From positions 191,788 through 255,787 of the forward strand of contig NC_092676.1 in the NCBI RefSeq assembly GCF_964355755.1: 64,000 bases of DNA. Reading direction: 5' to 3'. This document shows, piece by piece, positions 23,634 to 35,582 of this stretch (position 1 is the first letter of the stretch; every line of letters starts with the position of its first letter). The DNA comes from Antedon mediterranea. Its lineage: Eukaryota > Animalia > Echinodermata. A program made the translations under genes and the position numbers. The notes under the pieces were generated by a model. The model was given only the letters and a program-made list of their open reading frames with translations, had not been told where the DNA came from and searched no databases.

Positions 23634-26600
23634 ATGGAGGAGAATTTTAGCCGAAGTTCCAATGAAGGTAAAGAGAGAGTGTGCTCTTCGTCGTCGGGTA
23701 GTAGTAGCAGCAGTAGCGCTATGTCGGACTGTCCACCGAGCTCGAACGGCGGCGGCGGTGGTGTTGTTATTGTACCCAACAAGAGTGGTGTTGTTGTGAA
23801 GAAAGAGCCAAGTTATATACATACAAACACAACATGTCCTGACGATGTCTCGGTAATATTATATACTGTATTTTAATATTTCAGATAACTTTAAGTCTGA
23901 GAGTGAGTTATAATTATTTCATTAATAAACAATGACTTGTTTATTTACTCTACTGTGTTACTGTTATCACGTTTTTGTTTTCTTTTTTCATGATTAAATA
24001 AATTTAATTTGTTTCAGGAGAGACAAACTAAGACTATATTATTGTCTACACAGCCTAGTTCCAAGTTAGACCTACTGCATCACTGCAGCACAATAAAAAT
24101 TATATTATTTTATTCTACTGTAATTAATAGACAATAAAATAAACTTTTCCTGTGCACAACGCATGGTGGCAAGGATTTGGAAGCAAACGTCACAATGCAT
24201 ACGTACATGATTCGTTTGTACGACGTACACGTAGTGACGTTTGCTTCTAAACCCTTCCTATGTTACTCGCAGAATCAAACTAGGCCTATTTGCGATAAAC
24301 ATTATGAATAAGAATGTAAATTGTGTTGTGTAACAATGGATATGTTGAAGAAAAGAAAAAATTTCATTTTTAGAATTGTGTATCAATATTGCTCAATGCT
24401 ATTCAAACTCAATGAAATCTCTAAATTAAAAAGATGTGTTTTAAGAAAACGTTTAACGCTCTGACAGTTTACCTTTTACTACGTGGTTTAATTGTTTGAC
24501 CTTTTTTTCTCCATGATATTATAAAACAGTTTCAATTTCTTTAATTTCGTCAAACTCTTAATGACTCATTTGAAACCATGTGATAAACCACATATCCTGT
24601 TGATTATTCTAATCTTGAGTATTTCACCAATTTAGAACACTACCTGCTGAGCCTGTTAAACTAGATATGCTGCTTTGTATTCAGTTTCTATCTACTTGCA
24701 TATTTATTTACGTTTCCATCATCATCACTAATTAGTAGATACTTATCTATGGCTTGATTTACTTTAACAACAACAAAAAATGTGCTTTGTTGTATTATTA
24801 TACTATTAAAATGACATCTATCAGTAACACATTTGTTTTGTGTCAAGTCTAATCTCATTAAACATTTAATGTAAAATGTACTACATTTATGTTTAATTGT
24901 TATTATGTAATCCACAGTACAATACTTACAGTACTTCCTATGCTACTACTAGGTACATTAAACAATAGCATACTGTGTACAATGCTATCTACATTAGTGT
25001 ACAGTATGTGGACAGGAAAGCTATGTACTGTTTTACGCACTGAAGTGTACAGAAGAGGGAACATGTACAGCACTATTGTATCCTGCACACGTAGAATTGT
25101 ATTTAAACAGTAAAAAAGAGGATGTGTAAAGCTCCTAGGGAGCAGTTGATATAACTTATTATTCTATTATTAGAATGATCAATGAAATACATCTCTGTAA
25201 ATATCTTACTTGTAATTTACACTAATTCAGAATGGATGCTTTTCAATTCCAGTGTACATTCTCTATTCTATTTTTAGACTACTAATACTAGTTATAGGAT
25301 GTACATGCAAGATTGTAATCATTTATTCAGATTTATTTTCAATAAATCTTACTTTTTGTTAAGTTTTTGTTAACTTTTCATAGATTATTATAAGCCAATA
25401 TATAATAATGTCATACGGTGGTCAATAGTCATATTGTTAAAGGAGTGTGTAAATTGTCTAGTCAATTGAATTCTATAATAATTTATGTAATTTGATTATT
25501 TAATGCTAATTGGAGTTACTATTCTTTTGGTCTACTTATCAGTCACCATTGGTTAATAATAGTCAATGCACATCATTATATTATTATTAGTAGCATTCTG
25601 ATAATCTCCATAAAATTAGAATTATTGATATTATCTATCCATGATATATGCGATAAGGTTATGGAGAAAAAACTAAAATGTATAATTAACGACCAGTCTC
25701 ATCCTCTTTTTAACTTTATAAATTTCAGTAGATCCGGAAGGATGATTCCTTCAATTAAGAAGACTGAGCGTCATAATAAATCATTTCTTCCGTGTGCAAT
25801 CAGGCAATACAACAAGCAATTTAAAAGATAACTTGAGACGTTTTATATTTTATTCTTTATATAGTATTTTAATATTTATACTGTTCATAATGTTTTATAC
25901 ATAGCATATTTTCTTATATATTATCTTATCCATTGTATAGTATTGTATGTTTTTAACTGTTGTTATTTTTATTGTAATTTCAACCTTGGAAGGCAAATTT
26001 CATTTACTGTGTATTTGACAATAAATTTGAACTTGAACTTGAACTTGAACTTGATTAACATTAAAATCTTTGAACATAAAATGTTAACCACACAGTACAA
26101 TTTTAAAGTGTACACTATCTGACTGTCTGATGATAAGCAATCTTTTACACTATAAATGTGTTTATCATTTTAATTATTATCTCATCATCATCATCATCAG
26201 CAGCAGCAATACAATCCATGCATTTCTACCTTCTTTCCACATGACATTTCAACCTGTGTATCAAGCTGTTTACAAGGCTGAAAATAGCAATCTATCTTTA
26301 GCATTTCCTTTATCAATCTATAAAGCTCTTACTCTCTCTTGTAGACGCTTAACAGCCTCATTTTTTTCAGTGTCAGAGTTTCAATTTCCCCTGAGAATGT
26401 TGCTATGTTATTTATGTCCTGTCATTTATATGTTGTATGTTGCTTTTAAATAAATTTCTATTAATACATTTTTCACTGGAGAATCTTGTTGTTAGATTAG
26501 AAAGGCATTTGTAACAAAGCTGTTGTAGTGGATATCAATCCTAAACAATACTATATAGAAAGGCATTTGTAACAAAGCTGTTGTAGTGGATATCAATCCT

Positions 26601-29600
26601 AAACAATACTATATAGAAAGGCATTTGTAACAAAGCTATTGTAGTGGATATCAATCCTAAACAATACTATATAGAAAGGCATTTGTAACAAAGCTATTGT
26701 AGTGGATATCAATCCTAAACAATACTATACTGTACCTTCGCCTACATAGTACTGTACTTATTGTAAAAAAAGTATGTTTTTCCATATTGTGAGACATATT
26801 AATGACATGGTGTGTTCAGTTCCTACCACTTTGTGGTGGTAAGGTTTGTGAACTGCACCATTTAGTGATATGGTGTTTCATGAGCTTAAGCAACTAAATG
26901 AACAATTCCATCAGACCCATATGCTGCATGTCCACTGGGAGGTATTTTAAATGTCAGGTATAATTATTGGAATTATCATAATTATATGACTGGCAGCATA
27001 CACTATTGTGTATTAAAATGTTACATAATTCATAATATAATGCTTAACGTTCAGGATTTTTACCCGGTGGTTCTTTATTCTACAAAAGGACAATTGCCAT
27101 GACCGACATGGTGGTAGGCTAGTTTATCATGTGACCTTCTTCCGCTGATTGTCTTTAGAGTTTGAACAGGGCATTTACACCTTCCAGGCTACTGGATTGT
27201 ACATAAATGTGAATGCTGAATATAAAAATGACATTTGTTTTTTCAAAGAAATGCAAACTTTACTAATGTAATTTTGTTTTTTCTTAAAGGACTATGCTCA
27301 GAATACAATGAATGAGTTGTTGGCAATCTATGGCTATGAGGGTGTTGATAAATCTGTCACTCGCCAATTACATCTCATCAATTTCTCACAAAAAGAGTCA
27401 GATCCTGAAGGTCAGATTTCTTCATTGTTATATGAATATGAATTTAAACCTATTTGTCATCCCATTGATGGTGTATAAAATGCTTTGACACAAATCACTA
27501 CATATTATATAACATTACATGTAAATAACACTACATGTAAATAACACTACATGTAAATAGCACTACATGTAAATAACACTACATGTAAATAACACTACAT
27601 ATTATATAACATTACATGTAAATAACACTACATGTAAATAACACTACATAGAAATAACACTATATATTATACAGTATAACATTACATGTAAATAGCACTA
27701 CATGTAAATAGCACTACATGTAAATAACACTACATGTCATTGTAAATAACACTACATGTAAATAACACTATATATTATATAACATTACATGTAAATAGCA
27801 CTACATGTAAATAACACTACATGTAAATAGCACTACATGTAAATAACACTACATGTAAATAACACTACATAGAAATAACACTTACATGTAATTGTAAATA
27901 ACACTACATGTCAATAACACACAGTTGTTTTTTCTTGTTAGGTCAAGTGCCAACTTCAGAGGTTGAGGATGACTCCAATTCACAAGAGTCTGTTCAAATG
28001 CAGTCAACATCTCCAAGAATCTCTTCTAATGGATCTGCAGAACAACAACCAATCTCGCAACAATCGGATAGCTCATCTGAAATGAATACTTCTCAAACTG
28101 GTAATGCATCATAAAATCTTTTTTTTTTTGGTTGCTTTATTAAAAAAAAACAAATTATGATTGCTACAAAAAATACTATAGTGAAAACTTGATCCCCACT
28201 AGTATGCAGTACATGTAGTGCATGCATTAATGTAATGTAAGAACATGTAGTGCATTGTTAATGTAATGTAAGAACATGTAGTGCATGCATTAATGTAATG
28301 TAAGAACATGTAGTGCATGCATTAATGTAATGTAAGAACATGTAGTGCATGCATTAATGTAATGTAAGAACATGTAGTGCATTGTTAATGTAATGTAAGA
28401 ACATGTAGTGCATGCATTGTTAATGTAATGTAAGAACATGTAGTGCATGCATTAATGTAATGTAAGAACATGTAGTGCATGCATTAATGTAATGTAAGAA
28501 CATGTAGTGCATGCATTAATGTAATGTAAGAACATGTAGTGTATGCATAGGTAATGTAATGTAAGAACATGTAGTGCATGCATTAATGTAATGTAAGAAC
28601 ATGTAGTGCATGCATTAATGTAATGTAAGAACATGTAGTGCATGCATTAATGTAATGTAAGAACATGTAGTGCATGCATGAAATGTTTCTTTGATTGATT
28701 TGATTGATTGATTGATTGATGCATTAATGTAATGTAAGAACATGTAGTGCATGCATTAATGTAATGTAAGAACATGTAGTACATGCATTAATGTAATGTT
28801 GTAAAGTTCAATCAGAATCAACAGCTTAGAACTGCCACTGTAACCAAGCTTTTAAATGGTTTTTTTTATGATTTTTTTAATTTACCAGTTGGTACGTTTC
28901 CTTTTTCTGAAGTTGATGTACCAAATTAGATGACATTATATAACTTTATTTTGAGAACCTTAATGATGATTTATTAATTGCTAATTATAAATGGTTTCCT
29001 AGTCTTCATGTGACGTCTGTAAACCCATACAACAACATTAATTTTTGTCTATTATTCTTCACAGACAACAAAATACTGTGTGATTGGTGTAAATCATATC
29101 GACCAAAACTGTTTACTTTGAGTACATCAACACAAACAAAAGCATTCTGCAGTGAACGATGCTTTGCTGCTTGTAGAAGAGCTTACATTAAACCTATCAA
29201 GAAGATCTGTAACTGGTGCAAACATAGTAGACACAATACTGAGTATGTGACGTATCAACATGGAAGTCAAACATTGCAGTTCTGTAGTGGAAAATGTTTA
29301 GCACAGTATAAGAAAAATGAAGATTTAAATGACAACAATGAGCCATCTGATATGAACTATAGTGAGGGAGCAACCATAGAAACATTAAGAAAAAGACCAT
29401 TATTGGAAGCGAGAAGTAGTGCTACAGTAGTACCATCTGAATCTGTTGGAAACACTGCAACAAATGATTCAAGGACTGTTTTAGTTAATTCAACTTACAA
29501 AAATCAACCATTAAACTTGACATCACCATTACCAAACACACGCATTAATTTATTACCAACAACACAGCTGATGCCTGGACAAATGTTCAGTCCATTCCAA

Positions 29601-30794
29601 ACTATTAATTCACCAATATTTCAATTTCCAACATTAATGCAGCCACATCAAATGTTGGTTCAACAACCTCCACCACCGTTGGTTATAAATCAACATAGCA
29701 ATCAGAGAAGCCACAGAGGTGAACAAGATAGAATGAAGCACCAAGACAAGCCACATTATCGTACTTCAGAGAATGCAACAAGGAAAAACAAAACTGCAAA
29801 CACTTCTGCCAATGGATGTGAACCTGAAACAACCACAGCACTTCCTACTTCTTTGCTACCACCTACTACCATTATGGTTCCTCATCCGGTATTTGTACCG
29901 ATACCAATTCCAATACCGATTCCAATTCCGGTTCCTACTGACAAGTTTTCAAAAATCTTTGAAAACACCTTTGCCAACCTAAGACCAGAAAGTGAAGAAC
30001 CAGTCTCAACAAAAGTCACAAGCGAGGAAAAACTTGTTGAAAAAACTGAAGAAAGAAACAGCCTTTTAACTCCCCAAATTAATATAAGAGAAAAGAGAAA
30101 GCTTTTACCAAAACCTAAACACAATCCATCCTACATGCCTGTCCAGCAGCCTTATGCCTCAATGTCAAGCCACCAACCTCCTCCAGAGTGTTTCAGCCCT
30201 GCAGATCCAGTCTCCCTCCATCGTCCACAATTTGTAATGCTCAACCGACCGCCTCCAAACAAGCTACCGATCCCTCGTATGCCCCGTAAACCACCCATGA
30301 AAGAACGAGATGATGTCCTTTTAAAAATCAGCGATAAGTACCCGCGTCAACTAAGTGCTAGTACATCTCAATTGAATGGCATTGAAAAGATTGGAAATGC
30401 AGAAAGTTCTAGCAAAGTTCGCGAGGCTTTGCGGTGTCATTTAACGCGCCGTCTGTCCCAATCAGCTGTAAATCTTGTGGAAGCAGCAAAATTAAAAGTT
30501 GGCAGGACAACTGCTGATGAACTCCGACGAAGTTTAAGTCTTGGTAGGTTGAATGAAGATCAAGAAAATAAGTTAAGTTCAAAAGTAAGCCATAGCTTAG
30601 GTAACCTTCATGATAGCATGCCAGCTAGTGGGTCAAGAACAGGAGCTACAGTGACTGATGAGCAGATAAGGCAAGATGCTGCCCACACTGCCATTAGACC
30701 AGACAATCTCAAAAGACCCCTTGATTCTGATGTCTATAGACTCATGGATTTAAAGTTAAAAAGAAAAAGATTCCTTGCTGATATGGACGCTTAG
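23634..30794 (+). CDS. SOBP: Sine oculis-binding protein homolog, 4 exons, about 742 aa
   Basis: Exons 23634-23852, 27290-27410, 27942-28100, 29065-30794 with consistent phases. Box VKKEP...DYAQNTMNELLAIYGY; two FCS zinc fingers (CDWCK...FCSERCFAACRRA and CNWCKH...QFCSGKCLAQYK); PVFVPIPIPIPIPIPVP motif; C-terminal basic LKLKRKR. Confidence 0.9.
24172..24305. mobile_element. Degenerate hairpin MITE relic (related copy at about 39590-39756)
   Basis: Inverted repeat aaggatttggaagcaaacgtcac...gtgacgtttgcttctaaaccctt. Both copies end in tttgcgataaac(a/c)ttat. Confidence 0.45.
25625..26053 (+). mobile_element. 3' fragment of a LINE (Rex1-Babar/L2-like) with (ttgaac)n tail
   Basis: D.SHPLF.....SGR......TERH.KSFLPCAIR.YN is the typical post-RT C-terminus. 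AATAAA is followed by about five ttgaac units. Confidence 0.7.
26497..26729. repeat. 58-bp tandem repeat x4
   Basis: tagaaaggcatttgtaacaaagct(g/a)ttgtagtggatatcaatcctaaacaatactata units. Confidence 0.9.
27497..27915. repeat. 16-bp degenerate minisatellite (taaataacactacatg)
   Basis: Direct reading, SOBP intron 2. Confidence 0.9.
28211..28798. repeat. 32-bp minisatellite (acatgtagtgcatgcattaatgtaatgtaaga)
   Basis: Direct reading, SOBP intron 3; interrupted by a (gatt)n tract near 28692-28720. Confidence 0.9.
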
Positions 30795-30873
30795 AGATAC
30801 ATATGGTTAAACATATACAAAATAACATTGTAAGATACATGCGTTGTATGGACAACATACTTAATCCCTCTAA

Positions 30874-31052
30874 AGCGTGGTTCCCACTAGCGACGCAACG
30901 CAAGGACGTAACGCAACGCAAGTGAATTGACCAATCACAAGCGATGGCTCATTCGCTTGTGATTGCTAACTATCTATAACTTCGCTTGTCATTGGTTAAA
31001 ACGCTTGCGTTGCGTTTACGTCCTTGCGTTACGTTCTAGTGGGAACCAAGCT
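30874..31052. mobile_element. PIF/Harbinger-type MITE in the SOBP 3' UTR
   Basis: TIRs agcgtggttcccactag... / ...ctagtgggaaccaagct extend as an imperfect palindrome over about 50 bp; flanked by taa / tta. Confidence 0.8.
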
Positions 31053-32151
31053 TTAGAGACGCATACACATTATATGATGCATTAATGTGTTGAAATACCT
31101 ATGTTTTATTTGCATGAATATTTAGTTTGTGTATAGTTTTATTAAGCAGTGCTTAATATTTAAAGATGATTTTATAAATGTAAAAAAGTGGCTGGTTCCA
31201 TTTCTATTATTTGCCAGTAAATCTAGAAGATATTTTTAGCATGACTATAACATGTTTATAACACATGTCCGCAGCAGTTGGTATTCAGAAAGTGTTTTCA
31301 ACGCAATTGAATATGTACCTTATATACTGTATGATAGAAAGATTTCCTTTAACTGTTTTTAATATGAAAAAAAAAAAATGTATTAAGTATTACTGGTTTA
31401 GGTACAGAGGTTGGGAACTATGTTTTGTACATTAAAGAGATGTACACGTTTGTGAGAACATTATTTTGTTGGGTACTGTAGTCAATAAAATTTCAGCATA
31501 GATGATGATATAAGTAAAATATACAAGAAGAACATGAATTAAGTTAGTTCTTAATATACTATTCCAGAAATACTAAATATTAATTTTGTGTTTGTTTTTT
31601 TATTTAGAAAGTATAGTTAGTAGCAAAAGATAATGTTAAGAGGATAACATCTTAATTTGAAATTCTTAATTATATTTTAATCATTTAATGTTAGGTAACA
31701 TAGTTTTGAGACTTATTCTAGCTATACTTAATTTAATGTTTGTGTTGAACCGTTTTAGTGTCATAATTTGAGCATAGACTTTAGGATCTTATGTTCAGTT
31801 GTATTTAATGTGTGCTACAAATGGACTACTATTGTTGCTATATTGTTTAAATCAATATCAAAAATGTTGTAAGGGCAACTACAGTATTAAACTTCATTAA
31901 CATAGAAAACGCAGTAGTTATTACAGAGAAATAATTTAGGAACCTACCTTATTTCTTCAGGCTAGTAGTAGTACTACAGATAAATCTGTAATTTTGGTCT
32001 CTATCTGTCTAACTACTGTATAATGATGCTTCCTGTAATTACTGTGCACTTTGTACAATAAGCTGGATGTCTCCACTATTTAAAAGTAAGGCGATAGATT
32101 GAATCAATTTGAAAGATAAATAAGGGTTTACACCAGACCAAAAGCACATAA

Positions 32152-32437
32152 GAATAGGCTTGCTTAGGATAGGCTTGCTTAGAATAGGCTTGCTTAGAAT
32201 AGGCTTGCTTAGGATAGGCTTGCTTAGGATAGGCTTGCTTAGAATAGGCTTGCTTAGGATAGGCTTGCTTAGGATAGGCTTGCTTAGGATAGGCTTGCTT
32301 AGAATAGGCTTGCTTAGAATAGGCTTGCTTAGGATAGGCTTGCTTAGGATAGGCTTGCTTAGAATAGGCTTGCTTAGAATAGGCTTGCTTAGGATAGGCT
32401 TGCTTAGGATAGGCTTGCTTAGGATAGGCTTGCTTAC
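32152..32437. repeat. 15-bp minisatellite (g(a/g)ataggcttgctta), about 19 copies
   Basis: Direct reading; explains the spurious KQAYP and LLRIG ORFs. Confidence 0.95.
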
Positions 32438-32903
32438 TTGTGAAAAGTGTGTGTTTTCTATAAAGTAAAAACACTGCTGAGGAGGACCAAACTCTATCCA
32501 TATATATATATATTATAGTCTTTTGTATAATAGCTATGTATTGTTAATCAAAGTATTTGTTCTATATTTATACATATAATAATGTAATCTAATTCCTTTC
32601 TAGTATAGCTAATGTAGGTATATAATGTGCTGTCTTGTAAATGTTACAAACATATCATACAGTCTGATTTTTTTGGCGATGATTGCCTTCCATACATAAA
32701 TACCCAAATGACTAGTGCTATTAAGATGTATTTCCTCTCATTAGATCTGCTGTATGATTATTTCACAATACTTGCTAATTTTGAGAAAAATTATTTTTAT
32801 ATTGTTTCATTTTATTTATTCATTTTTTTTTTCATTTTAATCATTGCTGTAAAACGTAAAAATGTTTTATATACAACATGACTACTCATGTAAATAAACA
32901 TAT

Positions 32904-33656
32904 AACATGGCTCATGAGAATAAAACATATTATACTAAATCTAACATACAACATGGCTCATGTGAATAAAACATATTATACTAAATCTAACATACAACAT
33001 GGCTCATGTGAATAAAACATATTATACTAAATCTAACATACAACATGGCTCATGTGAATAAAACATACTAAATCTAACATACAACATGGCTCATGTGAAT
33101 AAAACATACTAAATCTAACATACAACATGGCTCATGTGAATAAAACATATTATACTAAATCTAACATACAACATGGCTCATGTGAATAAAACATATTATA
33201 CTAAATCTAACATACAACATGGCTCATGTGAATAAAACATATTATACTAAATCTAACATACAACATGGTTCATGTGAATAAAACATATTATACTAAATCT
33301 AACATACAACATGGCTCATGTGAATAAAACATATTATACTAAATCTAACATACAACATGGTTCATGTGAATAAAACATATTATACTAAATCTAACATACA
33401 ACATGGCTCATGTGAATAAAACATACTAAATCTAACATACAACATGGCTCATGTGAATAAAACATACTAAATCTAACATACAACATGGTTCATGTGCATA
33501 AAACATATTATACTAAATCTAACATACAACATGGCTCATGTGAATAAAACATATTATACTAAATCTAACATACAACATGGCTCATGTGAATAAAACATTA
33601 TACTAAATCTAACATACAACATGGCTCATGTGAATAAAACATTATACTAAATCTAA
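32904..33656. repeat. 41-46-bp tandem array, about 17 copies, nearly all containing AATAAA
   Basis: aacatggctcatgtgAATAAAacatattatactaaatctaacatac units. Confidence 0.92.
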
Positions 33657-35268
33657 TTCAGTTTGTTTATTTTGCTCTTTGTTACAGTTGTCTGTTAAAA
33701 ACCACAATCCATACTACACATCAGAAATACATTACATATTTAATCCAACTCTCTAATATGATATAAATAGACCACAATTATAATTAACTTTCCCTACCGG
33801 ACTATCTGAAAACTGGAAAATTTCCCAAACCAGAATTACCATTAAAAACACATTCGAAATATGAGAATTAAACCAGACATGTAAGGCCAGCATAAGGGGT
33901 ATCTGGTATTGGGAGAGGTGATTGGTTATACAGTAACACAACCTGACGATGGGAATTGATCAGAGAGATAGCGAAGGGGCTTTCATAATTGAATATAAAC
34001 CAATCTTTGAAACGTCATCATTGTTTTAAACTTGTGAAAGTAAAAGTTGATCCGTCGAGTGTTTAATAAACTAATGACATAATCAGTGTTATCTTATAAC
34101 TGACTTGTTAATTATCTCTAGTCATAATCCTAAAGTTCAAATTGATGTCGGCCTATTTTACACATAATTTTAAGATTGATATCTGATGTGATTCCACACT
34201 GGGGTTTGTACGACACATCAGTAATAAGTACATACGCTCTAATACTACATCGTTGATCTTCTGGTATAAAATCTGAAACACTATAAAATCACCATAAGAT
34301 AACTAATAAGCATTCAAAAATCGTGCTACATGTAAGTTAACATGTATCATATGTTATTCCATGACAAACAGTAACAAAGTTTTCCACATTTTCAGTAAGA
34401 TAAAAACCTGTTTAATATAAAGCTTTGTATGACTAAGGTATCCCATAATGTTAGCATACTGCTCAATATTGTGTTCATTCACCATCACTGCCAGAAAAGA
34501 CCTATTAAGTTTATTCCCTCAAGGAAATTGAATTTGAAAGACTTAAGGCGGAAGGCCTTTAACACTGTGAGAAATACACCTACACAAAGTTTAAAATCAA
34601 AGATTAATTTAAAAAACACAAAACAACGTAACTGTAAACTCCACTTTCTAATAATGAAACATGATTTGGGTAGTACGGTATTATAATGGAGTACCGTTTG
34701 TGACATCATGAAGTTAGGCAGCTTAATGTGATATAGCATCCTGTCATTTGAGATTTCTTCTGTAAAAACAATTTTCTAAATATATAGAGTACTGTAGTAC
34801 TAGGTATTAGATTATAATATTTTTATGTATTGCATTTGTAAGTAAATTTGAGTGCATGTATAATACTAATAATGCCCTATGTTAGTGCATGTATAATACT
34901 AATAATGCCCTATGTTATGAAGGTTATGGGTTTTCAATTTAATAATTAATTCTACAAACATAGTATAGATTTAATTTTTTATTGTCATAATATTAAAATT
35001 TATTGTTTATTTAAATATGTAAAATCAATATTAGTTCCTACAAAATAGTAAAAAATATTAGTTTCTAGTTCTGTGTTCTCACTTTAACATTGTTCACCAA
35101 AAAAATACAATATTTACACTGTTGCATAGAATAAATTTAAAGATACAGCAAAAATATTACTGATTCAATACCATTTTGATTGATGGTTTATTTGATATAT
35201 TTCTTAGTTTTCACTGCTGTTTAAAATTCTTCTTGGAATGTACTTGAGTGATTGTCAGGATCTACTTA

Positions 35269-35582
35269 TTGTTTAGTTTTCACAAGTTATAATAACTTTA
35301 ATTGCTTTACATTCTCTGTTCACTGCAGTTTCAAACTCTTCTGTTACTGACTCGAGAGCGATTATCAGAATTGACTTCATTGTTTAGTTTTCACAAGTTA
35401 TAATAACTTTAATTGCTTTACATTCTCTGTTCACTGCAGTTTCAAACTCTTCTGTTACTGACTCGAGAGCGATTGTCAGAATTGACTTCGTTGTTTAGTT
35501 TTCACAAGTTATAATAACTTTAATTGCTTTACTTTCTCTGTTCACTGCAGTTTCAAACGCTTGTTGTGATTGAGTGAGAGCA
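35269..35582. repeat. About 111-bp triplication of the SORD C-terminal codons and stop
   Basis: ttgtttagttttcacaagttataataactttaattgctttac...gttcactgcagtttcaaac occurs three times; the rightmost copy is the real coding end. Confidence 0.85.

Noticed and set aside
32076-32501. KQAYP and LLRIG repeat ORFs
   Set aside because: Translation of a 15-bp minisatellite.
33941-34025. Second hammerhead-like motif (ctgacga...gaaacgtc, plus strand)
   Set aside because: Core words are present but stems I and II pair poorly; at most a decayed relic.
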